NCBI GenBank assembly: GCA_904063045.1
Contig: CAJFCJ010000020.1
Coordinates: 426,916 to 490,915 of the forward strand
Direction of reading: 5' to 3'
Source: Dimorphilus gyrociliatus
Lineage: Eukaryota > Animalia > Annelida
Length of the DNA: 64,000 nucleotides
The stretch's first letter is position 1. Every line of letters starts with the position of its first letter. The translations under genes were made by a program, and so were the position numbers. The notes under the pieces were generated by a model. The model searched no databases and was not told the origin of the DNA. It saw nothing but the letters and a program-made list of their open reading frames with translations. This document shows, one piece after another, positions 52,565-64,000 of the stretch.

Positions 52565-53772
52565 ATGGAGAATGAAGGTCGGTCAATGAAACTAGAGAAA
52601 ACGTGGAAGCCTAAAAGCATTCATTCAACAGCAGGACTTGTAGAGAAAGAGATAGATAAAGAATTAACTCAGGTTACTGTAGGATACAATGGAGCGGACC
52701 TATCCATCATTCTACATGTATTTTACGCATGCATTGTGGATAAATATAAAGTCGTTTCCTTATATAATAAGGAAAAAGAATCTTTAAAAAACGAAATCAC
52801 CAATAAAGTCTCAACGCCAGGTTTAAAAAAGAGCTTATTTCCTGGTTTTATTTTAACTTTTAGATTAATCATTACTTTACTATAACGATTAAAAAAAGGT
52901 ATGTCTCTTTATAGAGTAATGATTCCTTATTTATTAAATTAGAAATCAGCCCTACAACAATATTAATAAAGATATTGTTTTGTTTTGACATATCTGTATT
53001 ATTATAAAAATACAAATAATACAACTTTATCCATATATATATACTGTATATAATTTTACCGTATAAATATGATAGGCAGGCATATAGCATACATTAGCTT
53101 GATAGTTAAAACCATATTGGTTAAAATTTGATTCAGATCTATAGAGAATCTTGTTCACCGTCTTTCGTATTTCTTTAGTTTCGTTATTTCAATCCGCTGT
53201 GTATGTTCTTATACAGATATTGAATTCTTTAGTAGAGTAATGATAAGAAAAAACTAAAAGATAATCATTGCTTCTTTCATCTCTTAATCATCACAAAATA
53301 ATTAATACATTAGTAAACATATACATCAATATCTAAGCTATACAGTATATTAGTATATACTGTATATATGTTTATAGATTATTGATATGTCTGTTGATTT
53401 TCTATTGTCCTTGAATTATTTGCCAAACGTCCTTCACGAAACTAAATGCTTCAAACCAATCCTGCTTGAAGAATTAGCATATATTTTTCTACTGGAAAGA
53501 CATAAAGGTAAAAGGTATTATTGTGTCTAATATATACCAGATATATATATATATGTATATATACTGTATATATATATATAGAAAATAAAAGGCAAATTTG
53601 CTATAGTTGTTACTCTTTTCTACTATTTTCACTGGAAATAGAATTACTTGAGATGGATATTAAAAAGTACGGAATTGACTTCAGGAAGCTAATCTTCAAC
53701 ATAATCAACTCCTTTTCAAGGAAGCCTAGACCAAAAAATGGCTTTTTGCAGTTTATTCATGAGAGAATTTGA
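52565..53772 (+). CDS. Unidentified spliced gene (about 210 aa) head-to-head with the guanylyl cyclase
   Basis: ATG at 52565 lies in a long ORF. A phase-consistent downstream chain runs 52864-52898, 53137-53236, 53378-53507 and 53642-53772, ending ELLEMDIKKYGIDFRKLIFNIINSFSRKPRPKNGFLQFIHERI*. The exon-1 donor is uncertain and no domain was recognised. Confidence 0.45.
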
Positions 53773-56700
53773 CTATTTTATAAAACTTAATTGTGTAGTA
53801 TATACAGGTAATGATACACGATAAACTGTATTCTAGAAAATTAGAATTTAATGTTATTATTGCGAAAAAAAGCCGACAGCAATGGAAAAAACTACTTAAT
53901 TATAATTCAAAAAATAGCTTAATTTCATCAAAAGTCATAGGCTAGCAGTATCAGATGTTTACAAATTATATTATGTAATATGGCATATCATTGTTTTGCT
54001 TATGCATTGAAATTTTGATAGCTAGGAAAATTGAAAAAACATCAAGTAAATCATCGTAAAGATAAAAAGAAATAACTTTGAAAGCAAGCTATAAAAAAAT
54101 AGTAAGAAAGGAAATATTCATTGTATTATTTTCATTGAAAGCCTTCTCTATTACATAATTCTTGAAATAAAAAGTCCTCTTATCTTCAAACAATATAGAT
54201 GATTAGTAAAAGCTGACTAATGAGTGTATCGCGTAAAAAATAGACATGTATCTTTGAAGTAAACAACTGAACACATTTTAAGAGTTTTCTTCCAAGAGGA
54301 AACCTTACTTTTTTCTTTTCTTATATACTTGAATGTGTATTTATTAATGACGAAAGAAAGAGGTAATTGTGAGCTTGATGATGAGTATAAAGAAAAAAAC
54401 CAATAAAAAAGATAATGAAGAGCAAAAAGAAGAAAAGCTATAAAGAGGAAAAGAACAAAAAAGAAAAGAGGATTAGAAAATCTTACAATAAAGATCAGAC
54501 GAATAGTATAATAGAAGTATAATAAAAAAGATGAGAAACTTTGATTTTTTTTCATAATTAGGCTAACTCTTTAGACTTTTTATAACTTTTTTCGTTATTT
54601 TTTTACTTTCTTTCTTTTATTAATTAACTTGTAGTTTAAGACTAAACTTTCTGTTTTTAAAACTTTATTTACCTTTTATTGTTTACTCTAATTCCTTTTA
54701 TAAAAGCAAAATCTTTGTTTTCAGTTAATTACCAGTTTATTTTATTGGAAAAACTTACCTTTTAAAAAGTACCGATAAACAAAAATAGGTTTATTTTTTA
54801 ACTAAAAGATTATACCTTTAGCTTATCAGAAGTATTATTTTTCTTCTTATTACGAGATTATTAATAAAGTTTTTTTTTTCCTAAGTAACGAACTTACCAT
54901 CAAAACAGCAATGTGAGATAAGTCTGCTGTATATATGATAAACTTTGTAAACAAATATTAAACGGCCTGTATTGTATTACTATTTTTAAATAGCGTTGTT
55001 CGTTGTTTATTATTATAATTATAGCTAGAAGAATAAAGGCGGGAAAAGTAGGAGAATAGAAAAGGAAAGGTAAAAAAACTTGTATATGTGTATTTCTAAT
55101 ACAAACAAAAATACATATATATTATATATTTACTTGTCTGGAAATTATTTCAAAAATACAAACACTAAGTTGCATAATCAACGGATGCTAAAAGGATAAC
55201 TAAGCGTAAATAAATCATTGTTACATATCATACGCTATAGTATATAATGAAGAAAATCAAAAGAAAGCAGAGACTATTACCAATATTACAAGAAGCTAAA
55301 TCCGTTTGCTAAGAGTATAGGAGTTAGTTTGTTAAGGAAATATCACATAGTAGTATTCTGTTTGCATAAATTTATCAAGTATAATTAAAGTTTGTAGTTT
55401 TCCATAAGAAATAAGTCTTATTAACATAAAATACAGTTTTTAAAATACACAACGATAGTTTAAAGTATAGAAATAGACTGTATATTCTCATTTACAGCAC
55501 TCGTGCCTTTCCTCTTAATAAGAGAATGCAAGTACGCTAAACTACAATAGAACGTTCTTATTTTAATGCGGTACTTTTATTTTTCAATTTCCATTTTAGA
55601 AATAAAATTGTATGCTTCATAAAGAATTTTTATATAGCAGAGAATCTTAATAAAACAGATATATTACTAATTTATAGAAATAGTCTATAACAAGTCCATA
55701 AAGATAGATAACAGAATCTAATTGGAAAATCTTAGTTTCAAGAGTTCGTTATAGTGATTTGAAATATCTTGAGAGAGAGAAATTGATAAGATTTCGGTTT
55801 ATACTTGAATTAAAAAAAAATTTTTATTTCTTATCTTATCTCTTTAGTCATCTTTTTTTTTATTTGATTTCAAGTTTTATTCAAGAAGAATTGAAATAAT
55901 ATTTTAAAACAATCTTTTATTTTTTTATGGTTTGATAAGACGGATTATCCATTCGTTCATTCGTTCATTCATCAATTTGTTAATGCATTTATAGGGAAAT
56001 GTATTAACGTTATTCCCTCATTTCTATTTATCATTAAAATTTGAAATATCCTAATTTTTATTTAATACTGCCATATTAATAATAAAATAGTGCTGTTTTT
56101 ATCATTTCTTATCTTCTTCTTAGCCTAATTTTTAAGATTTTATTGGTTATAAATTGTTTAATTGAGTACCAAATAGAAAAAAAATCCGCAGGCGTAAGAA
56201 TGAAGGAGTTTTTAGTATCAAGTTTCAAGAATCACCTTTAAACCCATATAATATAATTAATCAACAACTTTTAAAGGATTTAAATAAAATCAGATTATCT
56301 AAAGATATATCCAAAGAAATAATTATTGGGGAAAAGCTGAAACTATTAGAAATACCTTAGATCACAAACATAAACACATTGAAGAAATTATTAATAAAGC
56401 TGAGAATAAGTTTGACAAACTTTAAGTTAAATAATTGACAAACTCTAGCAAAAGAATCTCAAGTTTCGAAATCTCTAAAGAAAATGATACTTGTTTATTT
56501 TATAGTTTTAATAAGAGGAGAGAAGAGAAGAGTACAACATTAAATTTTTTTTCCCTTCGTTTCTTCCTTTGTAAATGTTAGGCTTAAAATTCCGAGAAAG
56601 AAGCATTCTGCAATCGAAATGATAGACAAACAGAACAGAGTTGCACGAAGAAATTACAAGGTGAAAATAGAAAAAAGAGACGAGAAGACCGACCAAGTGT

Positions 56701-59700
56701 GATCCGGATAATTGGTCATCCTACAGGTATCTTCAAATGTATAATAAGTATAAAATTCCACAGCATCTTAGAAACTGTTAATACATTTCGTTCTTCAAAG
56801 GTGCAATATAACATCAAAAGTGTTATGTTAAACATAAGATTTGCTTATATGTTTAGAGCTATGATCGAAATTATTCCGAAAGTTATATCACCTGCAAAAT
56901 AGAAGAAGACTATCATAATTGTATGAAGAACTATAATTTTCATGACAATTCTGTTAGGGTTGGTAATTTGCTTTTAATTAAACAAGGTAATGAAAATTTA
57001 TCAAACGTTTGTAGTATAAATAATATATTATTTCAAGTTAGTTATCTTTCTTTTCTTGTTCTTAAATCTGCTAGACTCCAGTCATTATCTCTTTGCCATG
57101 TAAGCATTTCAAAGATAACAAAAGTGAGTCGGTTCTGAGAAATTCTAATTGATAATAATTGGACGGATTTAGGCTATATTTCACAGAAAAGTTTACTTTG
57201 TTTCTGACATTCACTCTGTGAAAATGTATCCACAATACGAGATGCTTGTGCATAATTTTAAAATTCTGTTATTGACAGCATAGACTCGTCCATTTTTATA
57301 TGAAGTCATTTATACCTCGTCAATATGTAGTAGTCCTTGTCCTTGTTGAAAAGATACAAATTAAGAGAAATGATAAAAGCTTTCTTACTTCTATCATTGA
57401 CAGACGTGTTTCTTCAAGAATCTCTGAGAAGGTCTTTAAACTTGAAAACTCGATAGCAAGTTTTCAAATTTTACAAGCTAACGAAGATGTTTCACAAATG
57501 GTACGTAAGAATATTTTATAGACCCAAGTCATGTAATCCTTACAACCAAACTTTCTTTACCACTTACCGATTTTTCAACAAATAAGTAGCTAAGTTTGAA
57601 ATCCGTCTTAAAAGGAGCTGAAAGGTTATTGGCTGTGGTAAAATAATCGAAAAATATATGTAAAATCATAACAACTGTTTCCAGGACTTGGTAATGGAAT
57701 GGTGCAAGTTTTGAGATATGAGAAAGTATTAAAAGGTTTTCTTTCTAATATGTTCTATATAAAAATCTGCTAGTTTAACTATTTTTTACTAATTTCTTAC
57801 CCCTACTTTCGCTCTCTCTCTTTCTTTCTTGAAATTGAGAATTGTATAAAATGTCAAGGAAAATGTTTATCTTAAAAACAACATAAACCTCTTTAAATTA
57901 CACTTTTATAAAAGATAAACCCTTTCTTATGTTTACTGACTTGCAATCTATGGATATATTCGGTCAACACGCAAGAAAGTCCTATTCCGGAACTTTAGAA
58001 GTCGATAATTCTTCTATGATGCTAAATTAAATTTATAAAAAAAAAACATCTCACCTGTACATTTTCATTGTTGAGATGTGTAATAGATTTGCAGGTATGA
58101 AACTAATGAAGAATATACTTTTATTGATAGAGAAAGGAATTGAACAAAAGCTGCGAATTGTTATTCATTTATAAAAACCAAGAAAATAAGTTTTTGAATT
58201 GATGCTATTTGCCAAACGCCTTATTTAATCTATCGGCTTGTGGCGTTTCTTTGTAGATTTTCTCATCGAAAAAAAACACAATTCCCCTTTAAAATAAACA
58301 TTAAAACAATATTCTGAATGAAGAATACCTGCATAAAATTTCAGCCACTATAGGTAAAAAGTAGAGAGTTCTAGCGAAATACTTGAACAAATGTGAAACA
58401 ATAATCGATAGTATTGAAAGAACATGCACCGACAAACCGATAATCGTTCGCTATTTTAAAACAATGAATAGTTTAGCGTCAATGCGTTGAGCAGATGATG
58501 GAGTTTGCAGCAAAATATTTAAACTCTAACAAGTTTTTATCTTACAAATTACATTTTCCTGCAGCGGATGGAAGAACTATAAAACTCTCTCCAAAAGAAA
58601 ATTTATCATTATTAGCATCAGTGCTTCTTCAAACAGTCGTTATGATAGTATAATGGAAGAAGAATGGAAAAAATGCAAGATAGAATATTCAATTTTCATT
58701 CCAGAGTTAGAAAAGTATAATACTATTCATATCTTTTATTAGATAGGGAAGAAGTTATCGATAGTACGGGTAATAACATAAAAACAATGCTAGTTCAAGT
58801 TCTTGGCATATTGAAAGTGGAAAAAAAAGGTCAATTAAAGGAACTTTATTGTATTTTGTTTGATTTTAAAGGTCTACATAACATGTTATAAGTATTTGAA
58901 TAGTATAAAACAATATTTTAATTTTATGTTATATCTCTTTCTTCTCTTACTTACTTTTAGCATATTTAAGAAAGAATTGTAAGATTCTCAACTTCTAAAG
59001 CTATCAAGACGATTTCAATTCTTTCATTATGAATTAAAGTATTCAATTGTTTAATTATTTGATTAAAATACTAAAAAAAAAAAAGAAAGACAGCATTGTG
59101 TTATATATTTTGAGAAGCAGATGTTAACGACCTACTTGTATTTATTCATTATAATACGAGTATTGTTGTCATCTATAATATAAGCATATAGAGTATAGCA
59201 GCTATTTAAATAAAATAATCATAATCAATAACACGAAATATTTGCTATTCAGAATTCAAATGTCATCATTGTGCAAGATTTGATTACCATAACCATAAAA
59301 TATCTAGGTATAAAGGAACTATTAAACCATGACAACGCTAAAAAAATTATAGCCTGTATTGTGTACAGGTGTGTATAACTAACAATAAAAGAATGCTACG
59401 AAGAATGAATGAATGAGAACAAAAAAATGAAAGCTTTGTCTTTTTTTTTCTTATGTATTTTTCTAAAAGGTTAATCTCTGTGAAAAAAAACATACTATTT
59501 CTTATTTATGTTGAGCACATTTAACTGGATCAAAAGTTGAATAACCAAAAAATTCGATTAGAGAGATATACTTATTTATCATGAACAATAGCGGGATAAT
59601 AAAAAACGGGAAGTAGAGCAGAAACATGTTGAAAAAATGAATGAAAAAATCAAGATGGCACGGAATGAAAGGAAGGAAAAAAGTAGCATATATATATTGT

Positions 59701-62700
59701 ACATAAAGGGTAGGAAGTGAAAGAGAGAGACTAGGAAGCAGGCGTCTTGAAAGAGATTTTTAATTTAACTAGGTAAAATGAAATATAAATATTAAATTTT
59801 AATATCAAATAAATACAAAAAGTTACAAAATGTACAGCATTATACATAGCTGAAGAAAAATCAAAGAACTCTTTATACAAGTTTAAAAAAATAAGCATAC
59901 CGTATCAATACAAGACATAACCTTTCTCTCTTTTCATTCTCTTCGTTGTCTTTTATTTAAAACCTTTAAATTTCCTTTTTCAACCTATTATAATTGCTGT
60001 AATAGACTTCAAACAATAGAATTTGGTACTTGCAAATAACAAAGTTAAGATCAAGGTCAAAACATCAACAATACGTTTCTAATTGCAAAAAAAAAGGTTT
60101 ATGCTTCAGGCTGTATGTATACATATCTATACATGTTATCATATTATATATATATACAGTATATATCTTTTAAGGTCGCTTCGATACTCCTTTTCTTGAT
60201 TAAAAATTCTGCTATCTTGTTGATATATTGATATATATATATCTGTGTGTAAATTGAAATAGATAAGGGTAATTCCTATTCATTTTATCAAGTTCAAGTT
60301 CACCGTTTAGGGATATTAGTACTTTCGATTAATCAATAGACACTTAATAGCGGTAGCGAATTCCAATCGAAAATTTGATAAGATAGCAATCCACTCAAAA
60401 AGAGTTCAAATATTTTTACGTATCAGTAGGTAGGTAAAAATCCAAAAATGACCATTATATTAAAAACAAACGTAATCTTTTGTAAATTGCCTAATAAAAC
60501 TTTCAAATTGCACATTAAAAGCTTTTTATCTGTAGATAATAATTCTATTATTTAAAAAAAAACAAGAGCAGGATAATTTATAATATAAATGTACATATTG
60601 TCAACTGTAGTATAAACATCTAAATACTATGTATATATATATATATATATATCTATGTATATCAGGGAGAGGGAGAGAGAGAAAGGGTACAATACTGTAT
60701 AAAGAATGCAATTAGAGCATTTTATATGCGTAAATAAGTATCGTTGTTTGTTTTCAATTTTTTTATCTTTCTTCTCCTTTCCTAAAAACTTGTAATCATA
60801 ATGATCTATTTGCAGTAAGGGGAAGAGTAAACAAATTACACAAATTAAAACCAATTATAACAATAATTTGGCTTATTTAAACACAAAAGACATAATATTA
60901 AGGTAGCTAATAGACGTTTATTATTATTTTATGTTGTTATTTGTTCACCTTCTTTCGATTTGTAACAACAAAAAGAAACAAACAAAATATGTAATTCATT
61001 CTATAAAGAGAGAAAAAATCTGTTAATAGGCTTAATTTACTTTCCTCTATCACCTTAAAAACTCTCCAAGATAATATAAACATGTATAAAGTGTTTACTT
61101 TTCCCGAGTACAAAATGATTCATCTTATTTAAATAATATATAGTATATGCAGTATAGAGTGTATTTATACACAGTTGCTGCATGATTGTATATTTCTCGG
61201 TAATACACATATCATTTAAAAGAAGGATTAATCATATTAATCATTTATGCATGAATTATGGATTAAGCCTATAAATTATCTTAAGCGTTTATATTTGTTA
61301 TTTATATACATATATATAAAGAATAAGCAGATAATGAAAAAGGTTTATTGCACCGGATGTTAGAAATATGTTTATCTATTTAAAACGGGAGTGATGAGGA
61401 GGAAGCGATGGAGGGGGGAGGGGAGATGCCAGAGGGAAGCAAAGAAGCAAATCAAAGCTCATTTTTTTTATTAACAAAGAATTTTTTTATTATCATTATT
61501 TTTTATTTAAAATGATTATCAAAAAAAAATACTTATAGATAACAAGTTTTATTATTATTGTAGATAGTATTCTATGTATTGCTGTATTGTACTATTATTT
61601 TTAATCTACACGTCTCTTCAGAATGATAGAGAGCAGGAGAAAAGAGAAAGATGATAATGATGAAATAGATTATTCTCATTTTAATGTATAAACAACCCTT
61701 TTTTATTTATACTTATATATAAAGTTGTATATATATATATATATAATTATATTTACAAAAAAAAAAGATCTATTATTAAGTCTTTTATCATTTATATATC
61801 TTTCTTAGCACGAATAAAAATTAATTTGTCACTTGGACAAGTTAATTACTTTGTCCTTTAAATGCTTATCTCTTCTGCAAAATTAACATAAGCAGATTAG
61901 AGATAATTACATTAAACAAAGGCAATTTGTAGATTTCCCCTTATTTTAATACAAATAAAACGTTTACGAAAATGTAAAGACGACAGAAGAAGGTCACAAA
62001 AGAGATAATTTTATATAAATAATAAGTTAATAATATGAGAAGGAAGCTGTTTTAAATAATTAGGCTGTCAAAGAGGAAAGGAAACAGAAATGTCCCAGCT
62101 AAAAGTTGACTGAAACATGTCAAATTACCTTAATGATGTATGTCTACATTATTTATTAATTCAACGAAAGAATTTCAAACTTTGATCAAAATAATTAAAA
62201 TTGGAAAGCAAATCATGAGTTACGTATTCTAATTGCATTGGTAGTCGTTCCCTTTCTCATTATTTACTGGGTTTAAAGAAATTAACAATGTAAAGCGAAT
62301 CTATTTAATAATGTAAGAAATCAAACAGGAAAAAACATGATTCTCTTTTATTTACAGCTTATTTTAATAATTCATAAACTATTCTTTACCCTAATTAATT
62401 ATTCAATCAGCTTTTTTTCTAGCTTCAATAATCATTCAAAAAGCCACTAGAGCGTTTCAATAAATGTTAATAGAATTCCTGTCTAAATAACTTTCCTTTA
62501 CTTTCAATAGTCATAAAAAAAGAGAAAATACAATTGAATATTATTTAATATTTGAAAAAAGTAAATAAAAAGAAGAAAAGAGAGTAGAAAAACACCTTTC
62601 CTTAATATTTTCTTTATGGATTAATTGCTGAATTCCAAAGACCAATGTTTTTTTTTATCTGCGATTAGCTTTGTTAATTGATTTCATTATTATATATGTT

Positions 62701-63321
62701 AAAGATTACTTTTAAACATAGTTGCAAAGAAAAATGATAGAAATAGAAACATTGGAGAAAAATTGAAGAGTGAGCATCAGTATAGTATAATATATGTATA
62801 TATAGTATTAAGTATATTATATATATATGATATTTATTTAGGCCTCAAGAAATATAATTGAACAAAGATATATAAGTAGTATTAGGAAATATATGCATTG
62901 TCAATAAATTATTGTATAAAAACTGAAAAGGTTATTGAAAAAAGCATTAGAATTAGTTTATAAACTACTTGAGGGTTTAAGTAAAGAAACAGTATATCCC
63001 ATACTTTAAAAAAAAAATCCTTTTAATAGAAATCAAGAAATATTAAATAAAAAAAAAACAAGAAAGAATAAAATGTGTTTAATTGACCTAGTTTTCTTTA
63101 TCTGTTTCTTTATGCCTTTTCTCTTCTAAATAATTTAGATTTTACTAAATAATATTTTTTTAAAAAAAAAAAAGACTTAAAAAAAAGATATACATCAATT
63201 TTGTATTGATAGTTCTTGTGGACTTAGTAGAAAAGTAAACATTCTTTTGAAAAGTACTATTATAATAATAATAGATTTTAATTCTGGCTTTATATTTATT
63301 TAATGAGAATTACATTGTCCA

Positions 63322-64000
63322 TCATCTTAAGAATTTCTCAACTTCACCTGTCGAATAAAAAAAGTCTATTGAGAATTACGTAACCTTTGTACTCTTATAC
63401 TATAAACAAGAATGGGAGAGCTACTTACGTGTTGCCGAATGTAATTTAGCCCTCTTCAACGCTTTATATAGAAAGTGAATTTCGGCACCTTTTCTTTCCT
63501 TCCAGGCTTCAAGTACCCTACTGACCCGTTCCCTTCTCGATTCTATAATCTCTAAATCATTTAGCTCATTATCTTTCAAACCCAATTTAATGGCCAACTC
63601 TTTCCATTGTTTTTGCACTTCGAAATCCCCAACAACTCTTCGCACGATGTCTTTTAGCACTTTCTCTTGCCTTTGTTTATTCGTGGCCTCACGTATTTTC
63701 TCATACTCCTCTTCTAGATCATCTGCTAATAGAGCGTATCCATTTTCGTCCAATGCCAGAATGAACTGTTGTAGCTATTCAATTCAAGTGAACAAAAAGA
63801 AGTGAAAGCGATGATCCAAAAGATAAAAATTTTAAAGAATTAGCTAAAAGTCTTACGCAATCGTCGTTTATGGCGCATAGACTATACCACGCTTTTAAAG
63901 CTGAATAAGCTCTCTCCTCATCCGTATCTTTCTCTTTTGTAATCCTATCAATTGTAGCCGTAGATAATTTGAGACTTTCGGCTATGTTCTTCCAGTTTGT
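63322..64000 (-). CDS. 3' part of a protein ending in two tandem death domains (5' end lies outside the window)
   Basis: Exons 64000-63857, 63774-63429 and 63347-63322, with closing phases. DD1: NWKNIAESLKLSTATIDRI...EERAYSALKAW...FILALDENGYALLAD. DD2: QWKELAIKLGLKDNELNDLE...ERVSRVLEAWKERKGAE..LYKALKRAKL. Both show the W-x-x-L-A-x-x-L-G/K-L and L-x-x-W death-domain pattern. Confidence 0.85.

Noticed and set aside
56500-57750. Alternative genetic code or stop readthrough as an explanation for the interrupted frames
   Set aside because: All well-supported genes in the window translate cleanly with the standard code and end at TAA, TAG or TGA.
4015-62900. Numerous 60-120-aa Ile/Tyr/Phe-rich ORFs in the track (e.g. 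4015, 17490, 22878, 36916, 54217, 60627)
   Set aside because: Their composition mirrors the underlying TA repeats and poly-T/A tracts, and most use non-ATG starts. Treated as noise.

Overview
AT-rich (roughly 70% A+T by eye) animal genomic DNA with many short (about 55-100 nt) spliceosomal introns. This compact architecture plus a DEEA-type channel suggests a non-bilaterian such as a placozoan; the taxon is an inference. I assembled exon chains by hand, checking splice-site phase. They give: (1) a complete four-domain Nav2-type voltage-gated channel on the minus strand (39246..20962, about 1900 aa, DEEA filter, MFL linker motif); (2) a complete 18-exon receptor guanylyl cyclase (51887..47275, 1064 aa); (3) two tandem DUF4239/bestrophin-like membrane-protein paralogs (11618..13585 and about 14731..16791); (4) the 3' end of a tandem death-domain gene (64000..63322); and (5) several orphan ORFs. 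The most interesting signals are: two alternative first coding exons for the channel, one spliced at a GC donor and one encoding an unrelated N-terminus; an extra L-L-R gating repeat in the domain II S4; recurrent non-coding CTCF-consensus-like motifs; about 12 perfect ATATAC(A/T)GTATAT motifs that look like Tc1/mariner excision footprints; and a small secreted-looking, highly cationic peptide ORF between the cyclase and the channel. No rRNA, tRNA, CRISPR array or intact transposase was recognised.
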